Positions 48,904 through 57,946 of a stretch of 64,000 nt of DNA are shown here, in pieces. The first letter of the stretch is position 1. Every line of letters begins with the position of its first letter. Source of the DNA: Escherichia phage adrianh; sequence record MN850614.1. The stretch is one strand, 5' to 3'. Under the pieces are notes generated by a model. The model saw only the letters and a program-made list of their open reading frames with translations. It was not told where the DNA came from and searched no databases. Made by a program: the position numbers and the translations under genes.

Positions 48904-49152
48904 ATGGCAACTATCCGCGCTACTGTTAACGAGTTCGGTTTTTCCTCTCTGGATGTTAAATTTGACATTGTAGGCACTGATAACGCCTTTGAAATGGTGA
49001 AAGGTCTTATCAGTCAGACCATCAAAGGCTATAATCCTTCTAAGGAGTTCTGGGAGGAAACAAAACAGGAAGTTCTTAAGGATGGTTACACTTATCACTA
49101 TTGGGGAGAAAAAATCGTCTCCCTGTACTACGACAAACAAGATTATAACTAA
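48904..49152 (+). CDS. Hypothetical protein (small-gene array 14)
   Basis: 82 aa. Confidence 0.5.
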   Translation: MATIRATVNEFGFSSLDVKFDIVGTDNAFEMVKGLISQTIKGYNPSKEFWEETKQEVLKDGYTYHYWGEKIVSLYYDKQDYN

Positions 49153-49191
49153 TCGGCGCAGCGGGGCTAAATAGCCCCAGATACCTTTACA

Positions 49192-49217
49192 GCCCCTTTC
49201 CCATAGGGGCTTTTTTA
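49192..49217 (+). terminator. Rho-independent terminator closing the plus-strand block
   Basis: GCCCCT-TTCCCAT-AGGGGC hairpin followed by TTTTTT. Confidence 0.65.
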
Positions 49218-49219
49218 CG

Positions 49220-50780
49220 TCTATCCAATCCTCATACAACCCCTTTCCCTTTCCTTTCCAGAATCTTATCAGACCTTAAAAAGCAATAACTTTACAGCCT
49301 TTTACTAAGTCAATTAATTGGCCTTATTAATAAGCCCTTAAACATAAGCCAATAACCCCAGAAAGGGGGCAACCCATTTAAACGCCATATAAAGCCCTAT
49401 AACGGCCTTTTTAACCTAACTTAAGGGATTGCATTACCTCACCCTTAAAAGCCCTTTATAAAGCTTCACAGAGCCTTAAAAGAATCTTATAAGGGTGTAA
49501 GCTTTATTATCTCGTTAGCTATCTTGTGAACTACTAAACAACCCCCTTGATAGTAACTGAAAAGTATGTTATAGGGGCTTTAAAGTTACTTTGAAGTATC
49601 TTAAGAGTTACGTAAATGCTAGCCCCCTTAACATTCTCTTAACAATTTCTTAACAATCCCTACATAGTTATGCTTTTAAGGCACTTGTTAGCAACTTGTT
49701 AGCCCCTTGTTAAATCTCTGTTAAGACCACGTAAAAGCCTTGTAAGAGTCTTTGACATAGCCTTTAAAGCTTCTGTAAAGCCTTATAAAGAGGTGTCTGT
49801 ACAGTTGGGGTGTAACTACTAGTGAGAGACTTAAAAGAGCTTACAAGGAGCTATAGAGAGCTTTTAAGAGGTATGTTTAAGGAATCACTAAGAAAGGAAA
49901 GGGAACGATAAGAAAAGAGTAGTGACCATGTTAATAGCTTGTTAAAAAGATTAAACACTTGTTAGAAACTTGTTAATTATCTTAACAAAATAACTCTTTA
50001 AAATTAACTTGTTAGCTCTTGTTAGTCATCTGTTAAGCCTCTGTAAAGACTATTCAGCACTTGTTAATTGGTATTGTTACCAATCCCTAGAAAACTGTTA
50101 AGCCCTTGTCAGTTCTGTTAAGAAACTGTTAAGACCTTTGAAGAGTTGTTAAGAAGATGTGAGAACTGTTAAGAGATTGTTAAGGATATTTTAAAATTTT
50201 GCAAAGGGGATGTTACAGGGATGTTAAGGGCTACCAAGCAGATATACATCCTCTACAGATATTTTTCAGTTCCTTCAAAGACCCTAAAAAAAAAATGACT
50301 TGACAGTCTTATTTTATAAAAATTTTAAAATTCTGAATAATTACCTAGACAGTCTTTTAAAAATACAGGTAGAAACAGGCTTATAAGATACCTTGTTAGT
50401 ACCGTGTTAGACCTTGTGAGATAAGGTCTGTGAAGATATTCCTGTTAAGTTTGTTAAAACAGCCTATATAGAGGCTTAGTAATACCTAGTGAACACCTAT
50501 AGAGGGTAACATAGCTAACCTAGAGATTAAGAGGTGTATAGGAGCTTCTAAGAGTGTGTAGAGAGATGGTTAAGGTGATTGTATAGGTTGTTAAGAAGGC
50601 TTGTTAGAAGAGTGTTTAGAAGGCTTGTTAGAGGGCTAGTTAGAAGGGTTATACAGAGGGGCTATTAAGACCACTAGATAGTTACTAAGATACTATATAG
50701 TACTATATAACTATATATAGAGAGTAAGATTAAGAAGGTTGTTAAGAAGGGTAGATATTTTATTCACATATGATGGTGAC
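49220..50780. repeat. ORF-free region dense in short direct repeats (iteron-like)
   Basis: No ORF of 60 aa or more on either strand over about 1.6 kb; 49220-49520 rich in AGCC(C/T)TTWWAA-type motifs; 49520-50700 carries more than 25 copies of YTGTTARG; AT-rich ACTATATA repeats at about 50690-50725. Confidence 0.6.
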
Positions 50781-50854
50781 CCAGAGGTTGGGACAACCGA
50801 TAAAATTTTATAAAAATTAAAAAGCCCCCCAATTAAGGAGGCTCTTAAGATATT

Positions 50855-51460
50855 TTAAATGAGTGTTTCCAGAACTGTCTTCAGTGATGACTTGGTTGTC
50901 TGATAAAAATGAGTGAAGCCATTGTTGTTATCAAACACCTGCATCATGATACCATCTCCCTTGATTGGGTACACTCGGATATCATAGTGAAACCCATTAA
51001 AGACAGCAGAACCACTACAGAATGAACTAAAATCATCTACTGAGATGTACTCTTCATGACCTGTGATTTTTATACAAACACCTTTACTCGGTCTCTTAGG
51101 GTTGATATCTTCCATCACAGACATATTCTGTCCACCAAGAGATACCATAGTGACCACTTTACGGTTCTTCTGTCTGAAGTACATTTTAACTTTCTGCAAG
51201 GTGTCTTCATAGAACGGATAAGACTTCTCTACAAAGATTCCTTCAAGTGGCTCTTTACCGTTTACAATACCTCTGGTATGTCGTACTGAGAAGATAAGTT
51301 GCTCTAGCAGGTCAAGGCTTTCTTCGGATAGTGCTTCCCTAATATCATTCCAATCAAGTACTAGGTAGTTACCTTCAACATCTTTTAAGTTATCTTTTTC
51401 CATATCTATCACACCATTATCGTAAAACTTGGTAAGCTGGGACTGCAAACTTGTTGCCAT
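50855..51460 (-). CDS. Hypothetical protein
   Basis: 201 aa, last gene of the minus-strand operon. Confidence 0.55.
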   Translation of the reverse strand: MATSLQSQLTKFYDNGVIDMEKDNLKDVEGNYLVLDWNDIREALSEESLDLLEQLIFSVRHTRGIVNGKEPLEGIFVEKSYPFYEDTLQKVKMYFRQKNRKVVTMVSLGGQNMSVMEDINPKRPSKGVCIKITGHEEYISVDDFSSFCSGSAVFNGFHYDIRVYPIKGDGIMMQVFDNNNGFTHFYQTTKSSLKTVLETLI

Positions 51461-51881
51461 TGTTCTTAATGAGGTCTTCTTCTGTTACTAAGAATGTAAT
51501 CCCACATAAGTGTGTGTAGTGGCTATCATACTCAAATATTTTAAGTAAGTATTTACCATCGTGATAAACAGATTCTACTACACCTTTTGCAACAATCTTT
51601 CCAGTCTTGAAATCTTTAAGAGGGTATACATTACCAACTTTAGGAACTGTTTTCATCTCAGATTCTTTTAGCTTCTCACCAGCTTCTACATCACCTAGTA
51701 AGTGAGAACTTTCAAACGCTACATATTGCATATAAGCCTCTGAGCATTCCCAGATAAAACAATGTACAAGAACCTTAGCAGCATGTCTTGAACAATTCAA
51801 CTTATCACAAATCTCTTTGTACATTTCGTCTTTAGTTGAGTTATCAAGCATTGCTTTTTGAACGACTTCTTTAATTTTCAT
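51417..51881 (-). CDS. Hypothetical protein
   Basis: 154 aa. Confidence 0.5.
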   Translation of the reverse strand: MKIKEVVQKAMLDNSTKDEMYKEICDKLNCSRHAAKVLVHCFIWECSEAYMQYVAFESSHLLGDVEAGEKLKESEMKTVPKVGNVYPLKDFKTGKIVAKGVVESVYHDGKYLLKIFEYDSHYTHLCGITFLVTEEDLIKNNGNKFAVPAYQVLR

Positions 51882-51933
51882 TTCGCTACCTTCTAAGTTT
51901 CTACAAAGGGGCTATCAAGTAACCCCTAAGTTA

Positions 51934-52158
51934 TTACTCAGACTTTTCAGTCTTCTTATCGGATTTCTTACTAGTCTTCTTCTCAGCTTTCTGCTCAGGT
52001 TCCTTCTCAGAAGTTGCCTTGATAACCATATCAAGAAGCTCTGATAAGTCACTCTTCAGCAAAGTAACAGGCTGCTCATTGTAGAAGTTTTTGTCAAGAT
52101 AGACTTTGAACTCTTCAATAGATGGAAATCCAAAAATTGGTACAGGTGTTTTAATCAT
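51934..52158 (-). CDS. Hypothetical small charged protein
   Basis: 74 aa with Lys/Glu-rich C-terminus. Confidence 0.4.
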   Translation of the reverse strand: MIKTPVPIFGFPSIEEFKVYLDKNFYNEQPVTLLKSDLSELLDMVIKATSEKEPEQKAEKKTSKKSDKKTEKSE

Positions 52159-52234
52159 TACTTAGTCTCTCCATAGGCATCTTTTAAGATTGCCTTGTTA
52201 ATCATTTCAGCTATTGCAAAACGAACACATACAG

Positions 52235-52768
52235 CTATAATTGTAGGTTGCATTCTTTACTTACCTCTTCAAGTTTAACCTCAGAGTCCTTAAGTCGTTT
52301 CTTATGAACTCTGAATCTTACTAGTGAGATGATAATACCAGCTAAAGGAACAGCATACAAGTACCAGATATCGTGTATCTTTGTAGTAATCTGTGTAATT
52401 GTCAAATCTTGAGCTATGCAGCTAATTGCTGATACTGCCAGTAACATCGCTAAGAAGAATGCCAGTACCATAACAATACTCAGGCAGCCTCTGGCATGGT
52501 GTTCATGCTTAATGCACTTATTCTTTTCGTCAACAACTCTGTTGTAGTCATTTGCAAAGTCTCTGTAGAAAGCTTTCAGGTATTCTTGAGTGTAGCCTTC
52601 AAAGCAACCTGTGCCATACCAATAATCACCACCAAAATGTGCTATGATACCGGTATCTCCATTTGGTTTCGTCACTCTTAAAGAAGTGTGATGGCGAGTA
52701 TCCTGAAAATCTATCTTGTATCTTTCTTCGTAAATCATTTTCCAACCCCTCTCAATCGTTTGTTCCAC
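52235..52768 (-). CDS. Membrane protein (two predicted TM helices)
   Basis: 177 aa; hydrophobic stretches LSIVMVLAFFLAMLLAVSAI and YLYAVPLAGIIISLV. Confidence 0.5.
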   Translation of the reverse strand: MEQTIERGWKMIYEERYKIDFQDTRHHTSLRVTKPNGDTGIIAHFGGDYWYGTGCFEGYTQEYLKAFYRDFANDYNRVVDEKNKCIKHEHHARGCLSIVMVLAFFLAMLLAVSAISCIAQDLTITQITTKIHDIWYLYAVPLAGIIISLVRFRVHKKRLKDSEVKLEEVSKECNLQL

Positions 52769-52953
52769 TCAAGGTCAACAAGTCTTTGCAGGACTTTCCC
52801 TCTAGGTGTTACGCCTTTTAAATCTGCATCATAGCAACGGTAAAAGTCACCCTCAGCGTGTTTACCGTAGCATTTTCTGATATTCTGGCTTCTACGATAC
52901 TGTTCTAACAGGGATAGTTTGTAGTAATCTTCAACTGTAGTTAACTTTTTCAT
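52735..52953 (-). CDS. Hypothetical protein
   Basis: 72 aa. Confidence 0.35.
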   Translation of the reverse strand: MKKLTTVEDYYKLSLLEQYRRSQNIRKCYGKHAEGDFYRCYDADLKGVTPRGKVLQRLVDLEWNKRLRGVGK

Positions 52954-53495
52954 TCTTTCACCATAGCGTTTCTGAACTGGCGTTGTGTTTCTCTTGTAAT
53001 TTCGTTTGGAGTAAACCCTGCTTTCAGCATATCTCTGAAAAGAACTTCTAAGTAATCTCGCTCAATAATGTAAATGGCATTCTTAGTAGATGCTTGAAGT
53101 TCTATTAAGTCACTACTAATCTCTTCGCACTTACTGGTAAGTTCTGTGTCAGTCTTCTTAAAAACTGGCATAGTATGTTTGTGGTGGCCTTTATTAGTCT
53201 CTACTAAAAACTCTAGAAAATCTTCAGAGTCCTTTAGAGCAATCCCTATAAAGTTTTTGTAAGCACCTGTGAAAGATAAGGAATCAATCTCAGCAGTTGA
53301 GTATACAGTCCCTGCACACAGTCTTGCAGAAGTACTAAATGTGTGGTTTGGTGTTGTGTCAAAGTCTAAGTTCTTCAGTGGTCGGAAATAAACTGTACCA
53401 TTGTGTGAGATGTGTGTTACAACAGCCTCAACACTCTTTGAAGGATTCTGTTTAACATACAAAATAATTTTATCGTGTTCTTTTACTTTAGCCAT
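52950..53495 (-). CDS. Hypothetical protein
   Basis: 181 aa. Confidence 0.5.
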   Translation of the reverse strand: MAKVKEHDKIILYVKQNPSKSVEAVVTHISHNGTVYFRPLKNLDFDTTPNHTFSTSARLCAGTVYSTAEIDSLSFTGAYKNFIGIALKDSEDFLEFLVETNKGHHKHTMPVFKKTDTELTSKCEEISSDLIELQASTKNAIYIIERDYLEVLFRDMLKAGFTPNEITRETQRQFRNAMVKE

Positions 53496-53567
53496 ATCTA
53501 CTCTCCAGAAACTAAAAAGGGAACTACCTCTCGATAGCTCCCATCATAATCAATATTGTATACTCGG

Positions 53568-54149
53568 TCAAGAGTATTTTTTAGGCAGTAATGCACTGCG
53601 TTTGTTACTCTCTTCACTCAATAGTGCAATGAAGTCATCACTTTTACCTTTCCACGGGCTGAATGAAGGGATATGTTCGCGGATAGCCTCAATCACTGTT
53701 TTAAGTGCTGTGTTCTTCATCCACCAGTCAGAATCTGCTGATGCCACCACGTAGTATCCACCGTCATCAGTTAAAATTGGCTCTGAAATACATGGTGAAA
53801 TTAAAGTGGTAATGATTGAACCATTGTTCATGTAATATGTGCGCTTCATAACTTTTTCAAGAAGTTTGTGAAGGTCACCAAACAGTGTTACAAGTTCTTT
53901 GTGGTCGATGTCTTTTTCGAGGCTTGCTCGGTACTTCAATAGTGCAGCATCAACCTCTCTGTCATTAAACTTGAAATATTGAACTTCATCAACAAGGCAA
54001 ACACTGATGTTGTTAACATTCATAGTCAGCTTGCAAACTTTTGCAGGGGAGTTGATGCTTGGTTGAAAAAGTGCAACACACCCTTCAATATTTCCAAAGT
54101 GTTGTACAAGTGTTACTTGTGGAATGATATCCTGTTGCTCTTCGGACAT
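53568..54149 (-). CDS. Hypothetical protein
   Basis: 193 aa. Confidence 0.5.
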   Translation of the reverse strand: MSEEQQDIIPQVTLVQHFGNIEGCVALFQPSINSPAKVCKLTMNVNNISVCLVDEVQYFKFNDREVDAALLKYRASLEKDIDHKELVTLFGDLHKLLEKVMKRTYYMNNGSIITTLISPCISEPILTDDGGYYVVASADSDWWMKNTALKTVIEAIREHIPSFSPWKGKSDDFIALLSEESNKRSALLPKKYS

Positions 54150-54493
54150 TACAGTTTCCTCATTAAATACTTTTTAAGTTGTGTGTTAGGTTTCTCAAAA
54201 ACTTCTATAGAAGATATCTTGACAGCTTCACCACGCATACCTGTATGTTTGAATATATAATACTCTAACATTCCTATGTACTTTGCTGGTAAATCATATT
54301 TGACATACACCGTCACAGAATCTTCAAATTCGACAACCTTTGTACCATCTTTGTAGTTAAACTCTTTAGGATGGTTGTAGTTGTCTATGTCGTACATTAA
54401 AAAGAGTCTTTTACGTTGTAAGTCAAGCTTATTTGTTAAAGACTCTTTGATATCTGAGAAGTTTTTGTACACTGTGACATGGAGCTTACTCAT
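54149..54493 (-). CDS. Hypothetical protein
   Basis: 114 aa; start overlaps the downstream gene. Confidence 0.5.
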   Translation of the reverse strand: MSKLHVTVYKNFSDIKESLTNKLDLQRKRLFLMYDIDNYNHPKEFNYKDGTKVVEFEDSVTVYVKYDLPAKYIGMLEYYIFKHTGMRGEAVKISSIEVFEKPNTQLKKYLMRKL

Positions 54494-54779
54494 CGTTAAA
54501 CTCTCTGACGAAGAAATAGTTGACTTTGTTATTACCTACCATAAGGTCAAAGCAGGTATTCTCAAAAGGTTTGTTGTAGGCATCATATGAAACATATGGG
54601 TCAGCTACTTGCTTAGTGCTTAACTTCTTACTTGATGGGTTTAAGAGGCCACCATACAGCTTCTTGATAGACTCTTCTACAACAGACCAGATGATTTCGT
54701 CAGTAATTTCTTCGTACAGGTCAAGTTCACGCTCTAGTGAGAAGTCACAAATAGGGAAAATAACCTGTACTTTACTCAT
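54486..54779 (-). CDS. Hypothetical protein
   Basis: 97 aa. Confidence 0.45.
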   Translation of the reverse strand: MSKVQVIFPICDFSLERELDLYEEITDEIIWSVVEESIKKLYGGLLNPSSKKLSTKQVADPYVSYDAYNKPFENTCFDLMVGNNKVNYFFVREFNDE

Positions 54780-55174
54780 TAGCGAATGACCTGTGTTACC
54801 TGAATAGCTTCAGTTACTGACAAATCACCAACCGTTTCTTCTTTGACGAAGGTGAAGGTAAGTTCAACAGGCTCTTGTTCTTCCTGCTCAACCGGAATAC
54901 CGTTAAGCTCATCAAAGATTGATTGAGTTGTCCAGTCTTCTCCACCATCTGGGTAGTGGATTGCGTAAAGTGGAAACTCTAAATTATACCAAGCAAAAAC
55001 AGGGCAACCATCTGCATCATCTCGACATCTGTGGAGATATGTGTTTGTACCTTCAAAATGCAAATGGAGATTACCATTCTTCTCAAATAGAAGAGCATCT
55101 TGCAGGTCTAGTTCCTCATTTTCGCTGTAACGGCTGACATCAACCTTAACATGGATATGACTGTTATTATTCAT
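54779..55174 (-). CDS. Hypothetical acidic protein
   Basis: 131 aa. Confidence 0.5.
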   Translation of the reverse strand: MNNNSHIHVKVDVSRYSENEELDLQDALLFEKNGNLHLHFEGTNTYLHRCRDDADGCPVFAWYNLEFPLYAIHYPDGGEDWTTQSIFDELNGIPVEQEEQEPVELTFTFVKEETVGDLSVTEAIQVTQVIR

Positions 55175-55565
55175 AAAAACCTCTCTCTGCTTGTTCGATT
55201 TTTGCTCTTAAAATTTCGCAATGTTGTAAATGGTAGTTAGCTTCTTGTTCATGTGTTGCTAACTGCCTTTCAAGAACAGTTTTATAATAACCTGCAAGTT
55301 GCTCTTTTGTCAACGGGTGTTCTGAAATAATATCGAGTCCACTTTCGCCAAGAGGGTTGAATTGTCCATGCTCATTGACATTGTAAGTCTCAAACTTGAA
55401 CAGGCCATTGTTCACAGACTCAATAGGTGACAGTTCAACAAGCTCTACAGTAAACCGTGTATACACCTTGTCGCCTCTTGAAACCACATTGTTTCCGACA
55501 ATGCGTACAAGCGAACCATTGCGAGTGTACTTAAAAGTCCCAAAGTCACTAGCCCAAAGCTTCAT
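55167..55565 (-). CDS. Hypothetical protein
   Basis: 132 aa. Confidence 0.5.
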   Translation of the reverse strand: MKLWASDFGTFKYTRNGSLVRIVGNNVVSRGDKVYTRFTVELVELSPIESVNNGLFKFETYNVNEHGQFNPLGESGLDIISEHPLTKEQLAGYYKTVLERQLATHEQEANYHLQHCEILRAKIEQAERGFYE

Positions 55566-55583
55566 AGTTTTCTCCTTAGAAAA

Positions 55584-55607
55584 TAAAAAAGGCTCCCGAA
55601 GGAGCCT
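55584..55607 (-). terminator. Rho-independent terminator (minus strand)
   Basis: GGCTCC-CGAA-GGAGCC hairpin; T-run follows on the minus strand. Confidence 0.65.
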
Positions 55608-55616
55608 ATGAAGATA

Positions 55617-56081
55617 TTACTTTGGATATACACTGTCAAGATAAATGTCAGCTTCCATTCTACGTCTGTTTTTCAGACCGTTTGATGTGACCTTCTTACC
55701 TTTGACTGTAACCTTGTTCCACCACTGCATAGCTTCTGCGCAACCTACCTTATTACCAGCATTGTGGCGCTTGATAAATGTAGAATCCTGCATAGCTGTG
55801 ATGCCGATGTTGTATGTTTCACTTACAAGTGCATCAAACTCGTTCTGAGAAGTTGGAACCTTGATAGCTTTGTTCACTGCTGTAACAAACTTTTCAACAT
55901 CTGCGAGAAGATAATGTTCAGCTTGTTCAGCAGTAATTATCATACCCATCTTAACAGGTTTTCCGTCAATACGGATTGTACCATACCCGATTGTAGGGAT
56001 TCCGGCAGAGTCTTCGTAAGCCTCTAACTTCAGACCTTCAAAGAACTTAATAGCTTCTAAACCTTTTCTTGAGAGTTGCAT
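55617..56081 (-). CDS. Phage lysozyme (GH24 muramidase, endolysin)
   Basis: 154 aa; FEGLKLEAYEDSAGIPTIGYG resembles the T4/lambda lysozyme catalytic region. Confidence 0.8.
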   Translation of the reverse strand: MQLSRKGLEAIKFFEGLKLEAYEDSAGIPTIGYGTIRIDGKPVKMGMIITAEQAEHYLLADVEKFVTAVNKAIKVPTSQNEFDALVSETYNIGITAMQDSTFIKRHNAGNKVGCAEAMQWWNKVTVKGKKVTSNGLKNRRRMEADIYLDSVYPK

Positions 56082-56713
56082 TATGCCTCCCCTGCTGGGT
56101 TAACTGTAACTGTTGCCGCATTAGATGTTACAGAGCCACCTGCGCCAGTCACTACACAGGTGTAGCTTCCTGCATCAGCAGCGGTTGCACCTTCTTTGGT
56201 GTAAGTTGCAGCAGTTGCGTCTGGGATGACTTCCTCACCTTTCTTCCACTGATAACCTGTCGCACCTGTTGCCACAACATTCAGTGTTAAGGTCTCACCT
56301 TCAGTGATTTCTTGATTGGTTGGTTGCTGAGTGATTGATGGTGGCTTGATAGCATCCTTCAACTTAGCATTCAACATTGAGAACGGTTTAACTCTTGCCA
56401 GCCATTCACAATAAACTGTATCAACGTCTTTACCATTGATAATTGCATATTGTAAGTCCATGAAGAAGTCAGACGTTCTCATTTGAGCACCAACGCTGTA
56501 AAGCAACTCATCACTAAATGGAACTTTGTAGTCTGGTTTGTAGTCAAACTTCTTAACTTCTGCAATATCAGCTTCAGGCCAATACGAACTATAGGTAAGT
56601 GGTAAAATAGCCTCTTGATATGTTCTAAAATCATATCTCTTACCAGCCTTTACGTTCGCAACGAAGCCCTTCACAAACTCTTTGAAGTCTGGGTAAGTCT
56701 TTGCTTTAATCAT
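56081..56713 (-). CDS. Protein with C-terminal Ig-like domain
   Basis: 210 aa; C-terminal Thr/Gly/Ala-rich beta-strand-like region (TLTLNVVATGATGYQW ... YTCVVTGAGG); N-terminal part paralogous to the next ORF. Confidence 0.5.
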   Translation of the reverse strand: MIKAKTYPDFKEFVKGFVANVKAGKRYDFRTYQEAILPLTYSSYWPEADIAEVKKFDYKPDYKVPFSDELLYSVGAQMRTSDFFMDLQYAIINGKDVDTVYCEWLARVKPFSMLNAKLKDAIKPPSITQQPTNQEITEGETLTLNVVATGATGYQWKKGEEVIPDATAATYTKEGATAADAGSYTCVVTGAGGSVTSNAATVTVNPAGEA

Positions 56714-57081
56714 TTCTTTTTAGCCTCTAAATGTGCGTTTAGTCTAAAATAACCTTTGTGATGCGGAGATACATCACCAACAACAATACCTTTAACCTTA
56801 TAGCCTTTACCAATTACATACTGGATATCCATAAGGAATCTTCCAAGTCCAACAATATGGAACATTGGATATAATAGGTTCTCAGAATCTGGAATATTGA
56901 TTTCAGGTTTGTAGGTACGCTGTTCGATTGTTGGTGTAATATCTTCTTCAGGCCATTTGCTGAGTCTCCATGTCAAAGGTGTTGGGATAACATCATTAAG
57001 GTTGTACCTTTCACCATTTTGCACGGAATTGATATAGGATTGTAGGAAGCAATAAAAGTCTTTTGCACTCTTAGCTTTCAT
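56710..57081 (-). CDS. Paralog of the N-terminal domain of the 56081-56713 protein
   Basis: 123 aa; shared KAK..(D)F..F...(Y/F)...V..G.RY and FLMD(L/I)QY(A/V)I. Confidence 0.5.
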   Translation of the reverse strand: MKAKSAKDFYCFLQSYINSVQNGERYNLNDVIPTPLTWRLSKWPEEDITPTIEQRTYKPEINIPDSENLLYPMFHIVGLGRFLMDIQYVIGKGYKVKGIVVGDVSPHHKGYFRLNAHLEAKKK

Positions 57082-57128
57082 TAAGTATCCTTATAAATAG
57101 TTAAAGGGGCATCAGCCCCTATTCACAC

Positions 57129-57719
57129 TTAAGCTTTGGTCTTAAGTAGGTTCTTAAGTTTTTTAAGATTCATACTCTCATCAAACTTAAAACCAAATCC
57201 ATTGACATAATCAATGAACTCGGATTTCTTACTGAGTGACAATGCGTAACTCATATCAAAGTTCTTACTTATTTCTGCGTCTGGACTAGAGTTCACATCA
57301 AATGAAATTTCTGTAGGCTCTTGCTTACTTTTTCTCATATTATCAACCAGCAAACATGTATAGTTTGCTGGATAGAAATTTACACTACCATCAACGTAGC
57401 TGTACTTATTATTATGAATAAGGTTGGAAAATACCTTAAGGAATGTTTCTGAGTCGTGGCAAACAAGTTTGAATTGGCTGCTCTCTCCAAGCGCAACTAA
57501 TGAGTACGGACTTTCACTATCAAAGTCATAATTTGGATTCGATGCCGTCACTGTTACACGCATCAAGTTATTAGCAATAGTCTTCTGTTTAAAAGAATTT
57601 TGAACATAGTGAAGACCCCTCTCACACTGATTGACTAGCTCTTTAAGTAGGTCATTTGCATATGGTGAGTTAATTGATACAGAGCCATCACTATTGTAAT
57701 TAAAACTTACTGTTAACAT
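57129..57719 (-). CDS. Hypothetical protein
   Basis: 196 aa. Confidence 0.5.
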   Translation of the reverse strand: MLTVSFNYNSDGSVSINSPYANDLLKELVNQCERGLHYVQNSFKQKTIANNLMRVTVTASNPNYDFDSESPYSLVALGESSQFKLVCHDSETFLKVFSNLIHNNKYSYVDGSVNFYPANYTCLLVDNMRKSKQEPTEISFDVNSSPDAEISKNFDMSYALSLSKKSEFIDYVNGFGFKFDESMNLKKLKNLLKTKA

Positions 57720-57946
57720 TTTTCAGTTCTCCTGCGATTTATAATTTTGCTGCAATAGAGAAACGAAGTAAACTCACTGGAAGAAACCACTAAGTGTTGT
57801 TCACTAGATTGAGCCATTGCCCTGAAATACATTCCAGTCAAAGCATCATAGTGACTATTCTTTCCAATTGAGGTTATATAGCCATGACTCTTTGCAGTTT
57901 GATATAAATCTATAATATCTGCGATTTCTAATTGGGAACTACACAT
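57713..57946 (-). CDS. Hypothetical protein
   Basis: 77 aa. Confidence 0.4.
   Translation of the reverse strand: MCSSQLEIADIIDLYQTAKSHGYITSIGKNSHYDALTGMYFRAMAQSSEQHLVVSSSEFTSFLYCSKIINRRRTEKC

Noticed and set aside
49220-50780. CRISPR array or tandem satellite in the ORF-free repeat region
   Set aside because: Repeats are short (7-8 nt), degenerate and irregularly spaced with no fixed repeat-spacer periodicity.
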